This document shows, in pieces, positions 41,989 through 51,802 of a DNA stretch of 64,000 nt; within the stretch, counting starts at the first letter, position 1, and the number at the start of each line of letters is the position of its first letter. The DNA lies in contig CBDFIJ010000004.1 in NCBI GenBank assembly GCA_965248055.1, positions 2,784,001-2,848,000 on the forward strand, given 5' to 3'. The position numbers were made by a program, and so were the translations under genes. The DNA comes from Candidatus Multivoradales bacterium. GTDB taxonomy: Bacteria; Acidobacteriota; Thermoanaerobaculia; Multivoradales; JAHEKO01. The notes under the pieces are model-generated. The model worked only from the letters and a program-made list of their open reading frames with translations. It was not told where the DNA came from and did not search any database.

Positions 41989-42154
41989 AATCTAGCCCCT
42001 CAAGATACAACAACATAAAAACACAACCCTACAGCTAACCTCGCTTTTCGTAGGCCCACGGGGAAATTAACCTAACTGCGCTGTTTCGTCAACTTCTGTA
42101 ACGCAGAACAGCGGGACACCACGAGCACTAACGACCTCCACTCAGGCCCGAAAG

Positions 42155-43027
42155 CTACCTGCTTGCTGCGATAGTCGCGACATTGGGGTCGGCTTGGATA
42201 CCTGCTGGCAAGGAATCAAAATAATCAGATGCTTCATCCGGATCGGCCTGGGCGATGCAGCGCAACGTTTTCCAGGCCTCAAGCGCACGAGGTGACTGAG
42301 TGCAGAGACGCCAAGAGCGCGCTACTTCTCGGCACCGCTGTCCACCGACAAGAACCGAGACCGCTGAACAATAGGTATTGGCATCGAGGCCCTCGAGTGC
42401 CAAAAGCCGAACCGCCGGGACCGCCGCATCTTGACTCCGACCGGCGGCGGTTTCAAGCAGCATCAAGTTCCGCAACGCAGCGTGGTCCTGTCCGTCCTTT
42501 GAAATCGACTGGCGCAGTAGTGCCCGGCGGTCTCGGTAAGAAGTCGGAGTAGGTGGCACCGGAACTCTATTGTTCGATGGGGGAGCTTCGATCTTCAGGA
42601 GGTGTCTCAGCCGCGCCGGTTCCATCCATCGGAAAGCAGCCTCTTCAAAAATTCGGCGGGTTCCTGGATTGCCCTGGTAGGTGCTGTAGACGCCGAATCT
42701 GCGTTCAAGTTCGACTAGGCGCGCAAAGACCTTGCTGAACTGTTCACCATTCTGCTTGCGGTCGCAGGTAATCGCGAGTTCGAGTTGACATTCGGTGAGT
42801 CGCTGTGGGCGGTCCAAGAGTCCAAAGCAAGCGATTTCTAGATCGCGGTAAGACGATTCAAAGTCGCCACTGTTTCGAGCTGCAACTCCAAGGTTCAATA
42901 AATTTTCATAGAAATCTGGTTGGGCTGCAAGAGGTACTGACGAAAAATCAGACCCTGCGAGCATCGCCACAGCAGCGATCAAAACGGTTGACCGTGGCTG
43001 GAATGTCTTGCGGCGCGTTGTTTTCAT
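42155..43027 (-). CDS. Exported helical (TPR-like) hypothetical protein
   Basis: ATG overlaps the upstream stop. It has a signal-like N terminus and TPR-like helices. Confidence 0.6.
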   Translation of the reverse strand: MKTTRRKTFQPRSTVLIAAVAMLAGSDFSSVPLAAQPDFYENLLNLGVAARNSGDFESSYRDLEIACFGLLDRPQRLTECQLELAITCDRKQNGEQFSKVFARLVELERRFGVYSTYQGNPGTRRIFEEAAFRWMEPARLRHLLKIEAPPSNNRVPVPPTPTSYRDRRALLRQSISKDGQDHAALRNLMLLETAAGRSQDAAVPAVRLLALEGLDANTYCSAVSVLVGGQRCREVARSWRLCTQSPRALEAWKTLRCIAQADPDEASDYFDSLPAGIQADPNVATIAASR

Positions 43028-43740
43028 GCTCGCCGCGCCTCCTCGACGATCCTCTGGGCGTTGGAGCGGGTCAACGAAGTGGCGATTTCTCTGCCCCATG
43101 TCCGCTCAATGACCTCTCGTGCGGCCTCAAGGCCTGGGGGACGCCAGGTCGGAGAGTGCGCGTCGCTAGCCACGTAGTGGACAGTCCCCCGATCAATCAG
43201 ACTGTGGGCAAATTTCTGCGCCGGGGATCCGAATTCACCGGTTACCGACATTGCTGTGACTTGAAACTGAATCCCTTGCCCTGACCAACCATCGATCAAT
43301 TCCGGGGTTTCGACCAGGAACGGAATGAACTCGGGGTGGGCAATGATCGGTGACAGTCCGGCGACCATCAATTCGTGGATTATTTCGCCCGCGTTGTGCG
43401 CAGTGTGGTTGGCCCCGAACTCGAGCAGGGTATATCGTGTTCCACCGAGTCCAGTCGCTGTGCTTCCTTGGGCGAGCAAGTCATCAACCGACTGATCGGT
43501 GACGTGTACCTCGCCGCCGGATAGAACTTCCAGGTTTCCTGAGTAGGAGGCATTTAACGCGGCAGCGCGCTGCTCGATTTCTCGCCGGGTGAGGGTCGGC
43601 CAAGCGCTAAATTGGTGCGGGGTCGCAAATACGTGGGTGCAACCACTTTCCTCGGCGAGTCGACACATCGAAAGCGAGTCGTCGTTGCTTTGGGCGCCGT
43701 CATCAACGTTGGCAAGAAGGTGCATATGAATGTCAATCAT
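43024..43740 (-). CDS. PHP-family protein-tyrosine phosphatase (CpsB/CapC/YwqE)
   Basis: MIDIHMH, DDGA, ATPH, IAHPE and VASDAH. The true start is at MIDIH. Confidence 0.92.
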   Translation of the reverse strand: MIDIHMHLLANVDDGAQSNDDSLSMCRLAEESGCTHVFATPHQFSAWPTLTRREIEQRAAALNASYSGNLEVLSGGEVHVTDQSVDDLLAQGSTATGLGGTRYTLLEFGANHTAHNAGEIIHELMVAGLSPIIAHPEFIPFLVETPELIDGWSGQGIQFQVTAMSVTGEFGSPAQKFAHSLIDRGTVHYVASDAHSPTWRPPGLEAAREVIERTWGREIATSLTRSNAQRIVEEARRA

Positions 43741-43759
43741 GCTGAAGCGAAACAAGAGA

Positions 43760-46071
43760 TCAGGCGGCAGTGTCCCGCACCGCAGAATCGGAGGACCGGT
43801 AAGAAGCCTTGTGGTAGTTGTACCGGTAGCTGCGATAGCGAGAACCGGATCCGTCGGGGTTGAAACGATTGAGAACCAAACCCAAGACTTTGGTACCGGC
43901 AACCTGCAGCCGCGCTCGCGCTGCGCGAGCGTGGTCACGTCGGAGAACCCCCGAAGCGACGGTAAGCACCAATCCGTCGACGTGCAGAGCGACCAACATT
44001 GGGTCACTCACGGCTAAGACCGGGGGTGCGTCAATGATCACGAAGTCGTAGTACTTGCGCGCCTCGTCAACCAATTGCCCCATTTGTACAGAGGACAAGA
44101 GTTCACTGGGATTGGGGGGAATCGGCCCAGAGGGAAGTACGCTCAAGTTGGCAACTTGGGTCAACTGAACTGCTTGCCCGAGGTCTGCGCCTCCGGTCAG
44201 CACGTTGACGCTGCCGATCCGGTTACTAATCTCAAAGATCTTGTGTTGGCGTGGGCGCCTTAGGTCTGCGTCAATGATCAAGACCTTTCTTCCTAGTTGC
44301 GCCATAACCACGGCCAGATTGACGGCAGTCGAACTCTTACCTTCGCCAGCGTCTGCCGAAGTGATGGCCACTGCCTCCAAAACATCGGCGGAAGACATCA
44401 ACAAAGCTGCCCGTAGGGAACGATAGGCCTCAGCGAGCACTGAGTGTGGCTTGAGCAACGGAATCAGTTCGATGTTTGGTTCCGCATCTCCGTCTTCCGG
44501 TCTCTGTGGACCGGTTGGCGACGGGGAATCACTGCCGTAGGCTGCATAGTTGTATTGGTAGTTGTAGCGATAGCCATATCTCCCTCGCCGGTAGCCATAG
44601 CGGCGGGTCTTGGCACTGGCGTCGGGAATGATGCCCAAAGTAGGAAGAGCAAAGGTCCGCTCGGCCTGCTCAGGAGTCTTGATTGTGTTGTCCATGTAGT
44701 GGAAGCCAAGCACCAGCAAGATGCCGAAAATAGAGCCGAACAAAAGCCCAGATGTGACGTCTTTTCTCCAATTGGGTTGAAAAGGACTGCTTGGCGCGAT
44801 CGCTCGTTCAATCACGTGGACGTTGGTGTCGTTGGTTTCGCTTAAGTCGGAAGAGGCAGAACTACTGGCTTGCTGTTGTTGCAGCTTCGTCAATCGTTCT
44901 TCTAATCCTTGAATCTCTCTGCGAAGCGATCCGGCAAGAGAGGACTCACCCGAGTTTTCGGTGGCTGCTTCGCGAGTCTGTTCAATTTCCGTAAGCAAAT
45001 TTTCTTCGCGTGAAACCGCAGCTTGGTAGTCGGAACGGGCTTGTTGTCGGGCCGCTGAAGCGATGCGCGCAACCCCGCGCGAATAGCCGGCCCGAGCTTC
45101 GGCCAGAGAGGTCTCAGCGTCATCAAGGGCTGGATAGCCTGGGCGATAGCGTTCGCGAAGCGCGGCGATCTCTTGCTCTTTTTTTCTAATGTCGCGCTCT
45201 AGAGCAGACAGCTCAGCTGAGTTGGAACTACGAGCGATGGTTTCAGAGGACTGGCTTCTGAGCTGTTGGTATGTGGCTTCGAGGCTAACACGATCCGTGC
45301 TGGCCTGGGTGCGATCAGATTCCAAATCCTTGAGGCGTTCATTGGCGAGGTCGCCGGAGGCGTCGAGCGTCAAGTTCTGCGACTCCCGGGTCAGTGCACC
45401 GAGGTCCTGGCGCTTGCTGGCGACTTGATCTTGAGCGTTCGAATCTGTCCGGTCAAGAAATCGGTCGCAGCTCCGGCTTGCGTGCGGCGTTGGTCGACCC
45501 CCAATTGAATGTACTGCTGTGCCCACTCGTTGACGATCTTGGCCGCCAGTGCTGGGTCGGCATGGACAAAGCGTATGTTGACTAGCTCGGTGCCTTTCTC
45601 GGGCGCCACCTTGACTTTGAGTCCGCGCGCCATTCGAGCGATCGCCGCTTCATCTTGTTCAGGGGTTGAAGCCAGGGTGTTGTCTTCGACCGCAGTTGGC
45701 TTTCCGCCGAATTGCGGCTCTTCCCACAAGCGCAGAGAGCGCACGACTTGTTCGGCGATACGGCTGCTCTGAATGAGTTTGTATTGGGTTGGGTAGTACT
45801 CGAAGTTCCACATGCCCTCAAACCAAGCCATCTGCGGGTTGGTAAGACTCGCCAAAGTCTTACGTTGGATATGAACCTTGGTCGAAGCTTGATAAAGGCG
45901 CGGAGTGATCAGGTAATGCACGATGCCAAAACCGACTCCGATCAGAGCAATCGCAAGAACCCAAAGCCATCTGCGTCGAACAGCACCTACCGCTTCGACC
46001 AATAGCTCAGATTCAAACAGCCCGGAAGACTCTCCAGCACCGTGTTCGGTTGCCAGTAGGTCTTGACTCAA
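43760..46071 (-). pseudogene. wzc: Wzc-type polysaccharide co-polymerase/tyrosine autokinase, split by a 1-bp frameshift near 45433
   Basis: The 5' part (46071-) has the Wzz-like TM and P.Y.A motif. The 3' part has TM2, EAYRSLR, Walker A (GEGKSS), IDADLRRP, IIDAPP and a Tyr tail. One extra C gives QIRTLQDQVASK and a 770-aa ORF. Confidence 0.88.
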
Positions 46072-46889
46072 AAGAAGGACTCCTTGATCTCCACCACATC
46101 ACCGTTGAGTAGTTGGAAACCGGGATTCGCTCGGTAGTTGACTTTCAAAGTCTCGGTCTTGCCGTCTTTGCCGGTGCGACGAACCACCGCTTTGGAGGAA
46201 GCCCGCTCTGACGGTCCACCTGCATAAGCGATTGCCGCGCCCAAAGTAATGGGAGTTTGCTCGGCCCAATCTTGCCTGCCCACGTTTTCAACGCTTCCTT
46301 GGAAATAGATGTAGATCGGCGCGACCTTGGAAACCGTGATTACGTCGTTACTAAATACCGGAATGTCATACCTGCTGGCGCCCGCTTGCAGTTGGTCGAC
46401 GGGGATTTGCAGAGTGCTGGTCAGTCCATTCTCTGCTCGGCGCACCACGGTCAAAGTGCTCCCCGCCTCATTGGTAAAGCCGCCGGCTTCAATGATCGCG
46501 TTGAGTAAACTCAAAGGGCCTGGGATCGGGAGTTTTCCAGGATTACTCACCGCGCCCAGGACCGAGATCGGTTTGGAATTGAACTCGTCAATCCTCACCC
46601 GAACGATCGGGCGAAGAAGGAATTCCTTCAAAGTCGCGGTGATGCGGTCAGAAAGTTGAGTTTCGCTCAGCCCGGCAACTTCCACGTCGCCATAAAAGCC
46701 CAAGTCGATCATGCCCCCGGTGGTGACCCGATATTCGCCTTTGATCTCGTCTTCACCCTGAACCTCAATGGTCACAACATCCATCGGGCCCAATCGATAC
46801 TCCTGGTAAGAATTTCCACTTTGCCCGTGGGCCAATACCGGGATACAGCACCAAACGAGTGCAACCGCAATGAACTTTATGAAACGCAT
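46068..46889 (-). CDS. Polysaccharide export protein (Poly_export plus SLBB, Wza-like)
   Basis: EYRLGPMD, G.IDL..YG.V.VAG, V.GAV.NPG, AIIEAGG and L.NGDVV. Confidence 0.9.
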   Translation of the reverse strand: MRFIKFIAVALVWCCIPVLAHGQSGNSYQEYRLGPMDVVTIEVQGEDEIKGEYRVTTGGMIDLGFYGDVEVAGLSETQLSDRITATLKEFLLRPIVRVRIDEFNSKPISVLGAVSNPGKLPIPGPLSLLNAIIEAGGFTNEAGSTLTVVRRAENGLTSTLQIPVDQLQAGASRYDIPVFSNDVITVSKVAPIYIYFQGSVENVGRQDWAEQTPITLGAAIAYAGGPSERASSKAVVRRTGKDGKTETLKVNYRANPGFQLLNGDVVEIKESFF

Positions 46890-46982
46890 ACTGATTTTGT
46901 GATTGACTCCACATCAACTCAGGGAGCATGGGTTCTCTACAGCGAATTATATGCCGAGAAGGTCGGCTCGGCCACAGATTTC

Positions 46983-48311
46983 CTAAATGCCTGAGGCGCG
47001 AATCGAAGGCGGGCTGGCTTTGGCGCCAAAAGGAGTGAAGGTTACGCCCAAACGGAACCGGTCAACATTGCGGTCAAATTCAACTCCTGCCCCTTGATCT
47101 ACTTCGCTGTGCGAGTACCCTGCTCCGAAGGTCGAGCGATCTCCGAGAGGGAGTTGATAGTCGATTCCATAGGCGGTTCGATCGTCGTTGCGCGGAGTCA
47201 AACCTTGGTAGCGGTCGGTCCCGGTCTCGTAGTAACCACTTAGGGTGGATCGGCTGCTGGATAGCTGTAGACGGGTGCCGGTCGATTGCGCAATGAAATG
47301 GCTATGGATATTGGACAACGCGTAAACCAGGCCGCGTCGTGAGTAGACCGCGAGATTCCATTTCTGGCTGCGCGAGGTCATGCCGACTTCGACTCTTCCG
47401 GTGTTGTCCGAAATCGGAGCGATTGCGACTGCCCCCTGGTCGGGTTGGATATCCAGGCCAACCCAGTCTAAGGACAACCACGAGCGCGATCCCTGCAGAG
47501 TTGAACTGACGAACAGGGAGGTGCTGGAGTTGGATCGATCTCGTCCGAGTTGTGAGAACTGTGCTTCGCTGTCTTGAATGCCAGCGGTGAAGGAGACGCG
47601 GTCGGTGTTGATCCGTAGCCCGAATCGAGAAACGGTCTCTTCGCGATCTAAATCTTGAAATCGTGACTGGACCTCAACGGAGCGATCTACCGACTCGAAC
47701 TGGGTCACGCTGGTTCCGGCGACCAGATCGATGTGCCGGTACAGGTTGACGGAGAAATCGACTTTGGCCGCTTCTTCTCGCTGCACCAACTCCTGTTCCA
47801 ACTCGCGAGTGACCACGCCGAGATGTTCTCTGATCCCCAGGGAAACTTCGGTCTGCAGACGGTTGTACAAACCGAAGAGCGAGGCTCCGTAGACTTCGTT
47901 GAGGCCACTGCGTTGGTCCTGACCGCTCCACCAGTTGTACTCGGGCCGAGCGTGCAGGGTGAGAAATGCTTTGCTTCCGACCGGCAGATATCCCTGGAAG
48001 CCAGCACTGGCAACCGCAAGAAAATCTTTGTCTTCCCCGGAGTCGGTCAGCTGTCCGACGGTGTTGGAGACATAGCCAAGTCGATCAATGCCGATCCAAG
48101 GATCAACCCGCAGGCGCCCAAACTTCCAACGCGAATTGTCGATCGCGCTGTCTAATAATTCCCTCGGGTTGTCCCTGATCCCCTGGACCGATCCGGGTGC
48201 TGAGTAGGGGCTCGACTGAGCAAACGATATGCTCGCCAACTGAGAGCCAACGGTTAACCAAGCTATTAGCAATCCCCACTGACTAAAACGGACCAAGTTC
48301 GCGCTCTGCAA
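46983..48311 (-). CDS. Putative outer-membrane beta-barrel of the polysaccharide export system
   Basis: Signal peptide and alternating amphipathic beta-strand pattern, immediately upstream of the Wza-like gene. Confidence 0.7.
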   Translation of the reverse strand: MQSANLVRFSQWGLLIAWLTVGSQLASISFAQSSPYSAPGSVQGIRDNPRELLDSAIDNSRWKFGRLRVDPWIGIDRLGYVSNTVGQLTDSGEDKDFLAVASAGFQGYLPVGSKAFLTLHARPEYNWWSGQDQRSGLNEVYGASLFGLYNRLQTEVSLGIREHLGVVTRELEQELVQREEAAKVDFSVNLYRHIDLVAGTSVTQFESVDRSVEVQSRFQDLDREETVSRFGLRINTDRVSFTAGIQDSEAQFSQLGRDRSNSSTSLFVSSTLQGSRSWLSLDWVGLDIQPDQGAVAIAPISDNTGRVEVGMTSRSQKWNLAVYSRRGLVYALSNIHSHFIAQSTGTRLQLSSSRSTLSGYYETGTDRYQGLTPRNDDRTAYGIDYQLPLGDRSTFGAGYSHSEVDQGAGVEFDRNVDRFRLGVTFTPFGAKASPPSIRASGI

Positions 48312-48394
48312 TTTCTTAGATTCCCCCGGATATCCATGTGTCGTCTCAGCCGAAAGTCCCCGAAGTTAGGACCGACTAGCCAAGAGGCTCACCG

Positions 48395-49819
48395 ATGATA
48401 CCGGAGCGGACAGAACAAATTTGGTTGGTTACGCTTTGTGCTATCAGCGCGCTGTGCGCAGTGCCTTTTGGCGCGGTCACCGCGAACTGGTCGTTCGGTC
48501 TGCGTTTGCTCCTGGCACTTCTAGTGTTGGCAGCGCTCGCTCTAGGGATTGTCACGGGCATATCGCGAGCCACCAAGATCGTTCTGGGGTCCCTCTTGGG
48601 CATGGTATTCCTAGCGGGTCTTCAGCTACTGCCCTGGCCAGCCGCGCTGGTCGAAGTCGTCTCACCCGGCCACTTGCGGTTGCCGACTCGGGCTGCCGAG
48701 CTAATGGATCAAGCGAGGGCCGAAGTTTCCCTGACGGTTTCTCGGGATCTCACTTGGTCCTCGATGGGAGCGTGGCTCGGGGCGGGATGTGCACTTTTTC
48801 TCGGCGTTGTTGTCGGTCGGCTCAAGAGCCGACATTGGCTCTACATCGCCGCAGCCACAGGCGCGGTCTTCCAGGTGGTCTACGGGGTAAGCCGCTGGTG
48901 GAGTCAGAGCAGTGAAATTCTGGGACGCGAAGTGGTAGGTGACCTGAGCCGCGTCAGAGGGACATTCGTCAATCCCGACCATTTTTCTCTCTACCTGGAA
49001 ATTACCCTGGCCTTGATACCGGCGGTTGCTTGGTGGTTGTGGCAAGAAAGCAGCGATCGGTTCGGGACCATGCGCGCAGCGATGACAATGTTGCCGCTGG
49101 CTGCACTTTGGATGCTATTGCTCGGCGCGGTGGCGCTGAGTGGCTCTCGCGCCGGTTTGGCCGCGATTGCGGTTGGCTTCCTAGTGCAGGGTTTGGCATT
49201 GATTGTTTGGGGCAAAGACCGACTGAGCGGTGGGGTTTTGTTGGGCGGTGGTTCGGCGGCAGTGTTGGCACTGTTGATCTTGACCGGAGGATTGGGCTTC
49301 GCCCGTTTGGTCGGCACTTCGTCATATCAGGTGACCTCCAACCTGCGTTGGGCGGTGCTGCGTTCAAGTCTAGAGTTGTGGCGCGAATTTCCAGTCTTCG
49401 GTTCGGGGCTAGGTACTTTTGTCTCTGCCTACCCCCCATTTCAGCCGGTCGCTGCAGAGGGTGCGGTATGGCGACACGCTCACAACGGTTGGGTGGAGAT
49501 GCTTGCCACCACCGGAGTAGTGGGCATTGTGCTGGTGCTGTTGGGCCTAGTTGCGCTGGTCTGGGGTCTGAGAGGTGGCTTGCTGGATGGAGTTCGAACT
49601 CGGCACCGCGCCGCCGCCCTCGCAGCAATGGGAGTCTTAGCCACCGCTGCGCTACACGAAACCGTGGAGTTCGGTTTGACGATGCCAGCGAACGCGACTC
49701 TTGCGGCGCTGCTGATCGGCGTTGGCCTTGGAGTTCCTACCCGTGTCCGGGCAACAGATCATTCGATTCAGGAAGCGGGACGCAGTCGCGCCGAACCGGG
49801 GGTTACTTCCGACGGTTGA
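48395..49819 (+). CDS. O-antigen ligase family membrane protein
   Basis: RGTFVNPDHF, SGSRAG, PVFGSGLGTF and HAHNGWVEML, with many TMs. Confidence 0.88.
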   Translation: MIPERTEQIWLVTLCAISALCAVPFGAVTANWSFGLRLLLALLVLAALALGIVTGISRATKIVLGSLLGMVFLAGLQLLPWPAALVEVVSPGHLRLPTRAAELMDQARAEVSLTVSRDLTWSSMGAWLGAGCALFLGVVVGRLKSRHWLYIAAATGAVFQVVYGVSRWWSQSSEILGREVVGDLSRVRGTFVNPDHFSLYLEITLALIPAVAWWLWQESSDRFGTMRAAMTMLPLAALWMLLLGAVALSGSRAGLAAIAVGFLVQGLALIVWGKDRLSGGVLLGGGSAAVLALLILTGGLGFARLVGTSSYQVTSNLRWAVLRSSLELWREFPVFGSGLGTFVSAYPPFQPVAAEGAVWRHAHNGWVEMLATTGVVGIVLVLLGLVALVWGLRGGLLDGVRTRHRAAALAAMGVLATAALHETVEFGLTMPANATLAALLIGVGLGVPTRVRATDHSIQEAGRSRAEPGVTSDG

Positions 49820-51321
49820 TCGGTCTCGAATTCAACAACGTGGTTGCCTGGGCCCAGCTCGAGATCGAGAGTTATATGCCCGCGCACGATCGGGAAGGCG
49901 ACCCAGTCCCCATCCAGCCACAGTGTGCCAATTCCGCCTCGAGGCGAGGAATTGATGTCGACCTCAAGAACACTGGCTTCGGTGGTGACCACCGACAAGT
50001 AGGCCCGCAATGGGCTCCTGATCCAGTCCGCCGGATTCCAATCTTGCGGTGGTGGAGAACTCGGGATCCCTGCTTTCTTTCTGGCGATGGCAAAGGCGGC
50101 TGTTTGGCGCCACTTGCCATCTACTTTTGCAGTGTAGCGGGCACGGGTCTGCGCATCGCTAGTCGATTGCGTAAGGCTCAGCCAGTGCAGTCCCCAATCC
50201 TCAGAGGACAGGGCGGCTTCATCGGGTTGATGGTTGATTAGCGCCAATGCGGTGCCCCTGTCGGGGTGTCCATAAGAAACAACTCCGGCGAGCCGAGTCA
50301 TCACATCCGTTGGCACCGGGCAGACCGTGAGTACACATTGACGATTGGCCCAGGCCAACCAGGGTTTGAGAGCGTGCAGTAGGTTCTTGTGTACCGGTCC
50401 CGGCGGCAGAGCCCGGAGTATTGCGACCACCTGTGGCAAATTGGTGTTGTCTGGAGTGATCGCTAGCGACCGAGCAAACTCATCGATTGCTTTGAAGTAT
50501 TCCTGACCATTGAGCAATAGCGTTGCCCGGGCAAGATGTTGTTCACTCGCCTGCAAAGATAGCTGGCGCATCGTGGTTTTGGTCTTCACCGCGTTTGACC
50601 ATTGGCCCGCTCTAGCCAACGTCTGGTAAACCGGCTGCCATGCTGCTGGCAAATCGGGCAATACGGAAACTAGGTCATCGTAACTATGCTGCAGTCTCGT
50701 CCAGCGGGGCAGAATCGCATTGCGAATGGTGGCGGAGTTCATTGCTTGGCGTAGGGTGACGGTGGCCCGTTCTCTCTCTTCGGACGACAGGTCTCCCCAC
50801 ACCTCCAACAGAGCGAGCGCCAGATAGCCCTCGACTTCGCCTCGGCCGGGAGCCAAGGTCTGGGCCTCGGTCAGTGGGCCTAGCCAGCGCTCTCGTTCCA
50901 ATCGTTGAATTCCTTGCTTGGATCGCAGTCCGGAGAGAAATTCACTGGCGCCGACTCCCATTGCCGCGACCCACGACCCTGGTTCGCTTTGCCAGGCTTG
51001 GCGGGAAAGAGTGTTGAGTTCCTCGACCGCCAGTTTGCTCTTGTCTCGGAGCGCGATCCGTTCTTCGGTTGATAGATCTCGGGTGGCGGGCAATACCAGT
51101 TGCGACGCCAGAAGAGTGCGAATCGCTCGCGCTTTGGCGGTTGGAACATCGTTGGCTTTGCGCACCGAAATGCGTCCGACTCCGAGCTCCTCGGCAAATT
51201 CAACGCGGTCAAAAAGTTCCTTGAGTTGGTGTTGCTGGCGAGTCCAGCGGTAGTGTGCGCTGGCTGAAACTAGTAGCGTTGCGCCCGCAAGGAAGATTGG
51301 AAGTAGCCTTGCGTTCTTCAC
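49768..51321 (-). CDS. Exported/membrane-anchored helical (TPR-like) hypothetical protein
   Basis: 517-aa ORF with an N-terminal hydrophobic segment, a helical core and a beta-rich C terminus. Confidence 0.65.
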   Translation of the reverse strand: MKNARLLPIFLAGATLLVSASAHYRWTRQQHQLKELFDRVEFAEELGVGRISVRKANDVPTAKARAIRTLLASQLVLPATRDLSTEERIALRDKSKLAVEELNTLSRQAWQSEPGSWVAAMGVGASEFLSGLRSKQGIQRLERERWLGPLTEAQTLAPGRGEVEGYLALALLEVWGDLSSEERERATVTLRQAMNSATIRNAILPRWTRLQHSYDDLVSVLPDLPAAWQPVYQTLARAGQWSNAVKTKTTMRQLSLQASEQHLARATLLLNGQEYFKAIDEFARSLAITPDNTNLPQVVAILRALPPGPVHKNLLHALKPWLAWANRQCVLTVCPVPTDVMTRLAGVVSYGHPDRGTALALINHQPDEAALSSEDWGLHWLSLTQSTSDAQTRARYTAKVDGKWRQTAAFAIARKKAGIPSSPPPQDWNPADWIRSPLRAYLSVVTTEASVLEVDINSSPRGGIGTLWLDGDWVAFPIVRGHITLDLELGPGNHVVEFETDQPSEVTPGSARLRPAS

Positions 51322-51322
51322 G

Positions 51323-51802
51323 ATGACGAGATCGTATCAGCGCCGCTTTGGCCGGCTGTTTTATTTGTGGCTGCTAGGTTCCGCGATACTGATGTGGTCG
51401 CCGTCCGAACCCGGTGGTGCGGGCGGATCGGCGGGTTTCGGGGTGGCGATCGAATCTGCCGCCAATCTCTTCCATGGACTGTGGTTTCTACTCGGAGCGA
51501 TGATCCTAGTTCGAGCGAAACGACGATGGCGATGGGCCGCGGTGTGGGGAGTTTTGGTCGTCGCCGGGTTCGTTTTTGAACTGGGTCAAGTCTGGGTTCC
51601 GGGTCGATCTGCGGGCATTATCGATGCATCCTGGAACCTAGTCGGGGCGGCGTTGGGCATGGTGCGTTGGGGGCCCGAGCGCGCGGACGCTCAGGCCCCC
51701 GAGTCGCAAGATTGCCGAAGCGCTGATCAGGGGCTTAAGAGCCAAGAGAGCCAAGATCAGGAGAATCCAGATCGAGAGAACCCATGCCGGGAGAACCGGT
51801 GA
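51323..51802 (+). CDS. VanZ-like small membrane protein
   Basis: H..WF, ELGQVWVPGRSA..D..WN..GA.LG and a low-complexity C-tail. The start is uncertain. Confidence 0.78.
   Translation: MTRSYQRRFGRLFYLWLLGSAILMWSPSEPGGAGGSAGFGVAIESAANLFHGLWFLLGAMILVRAKRRWRWAAVWGVLVVAGFVFELGQVWVPGRSAGIIDASWNLVGAALGMVRWGPERADAQAPESQDCRSADQGLKSQESQDQENPDRENPCRENR

Noticed and set aside
49030-50241. 403-aa plus-strand ORF
   Set aside because: It overlaps two better-supported genes and has an Arg/Gly-rich shadow composition with no motifs.
51323-51802. VanZ as part of a glycopeptide-resistance cluster, and the short QENP/RENP repeats in its tail
   Set aside because: No other van genes are present and VanZ-like genes are common near polysaccharide loci. 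The repeats are three degenerate units with no clear meaning.
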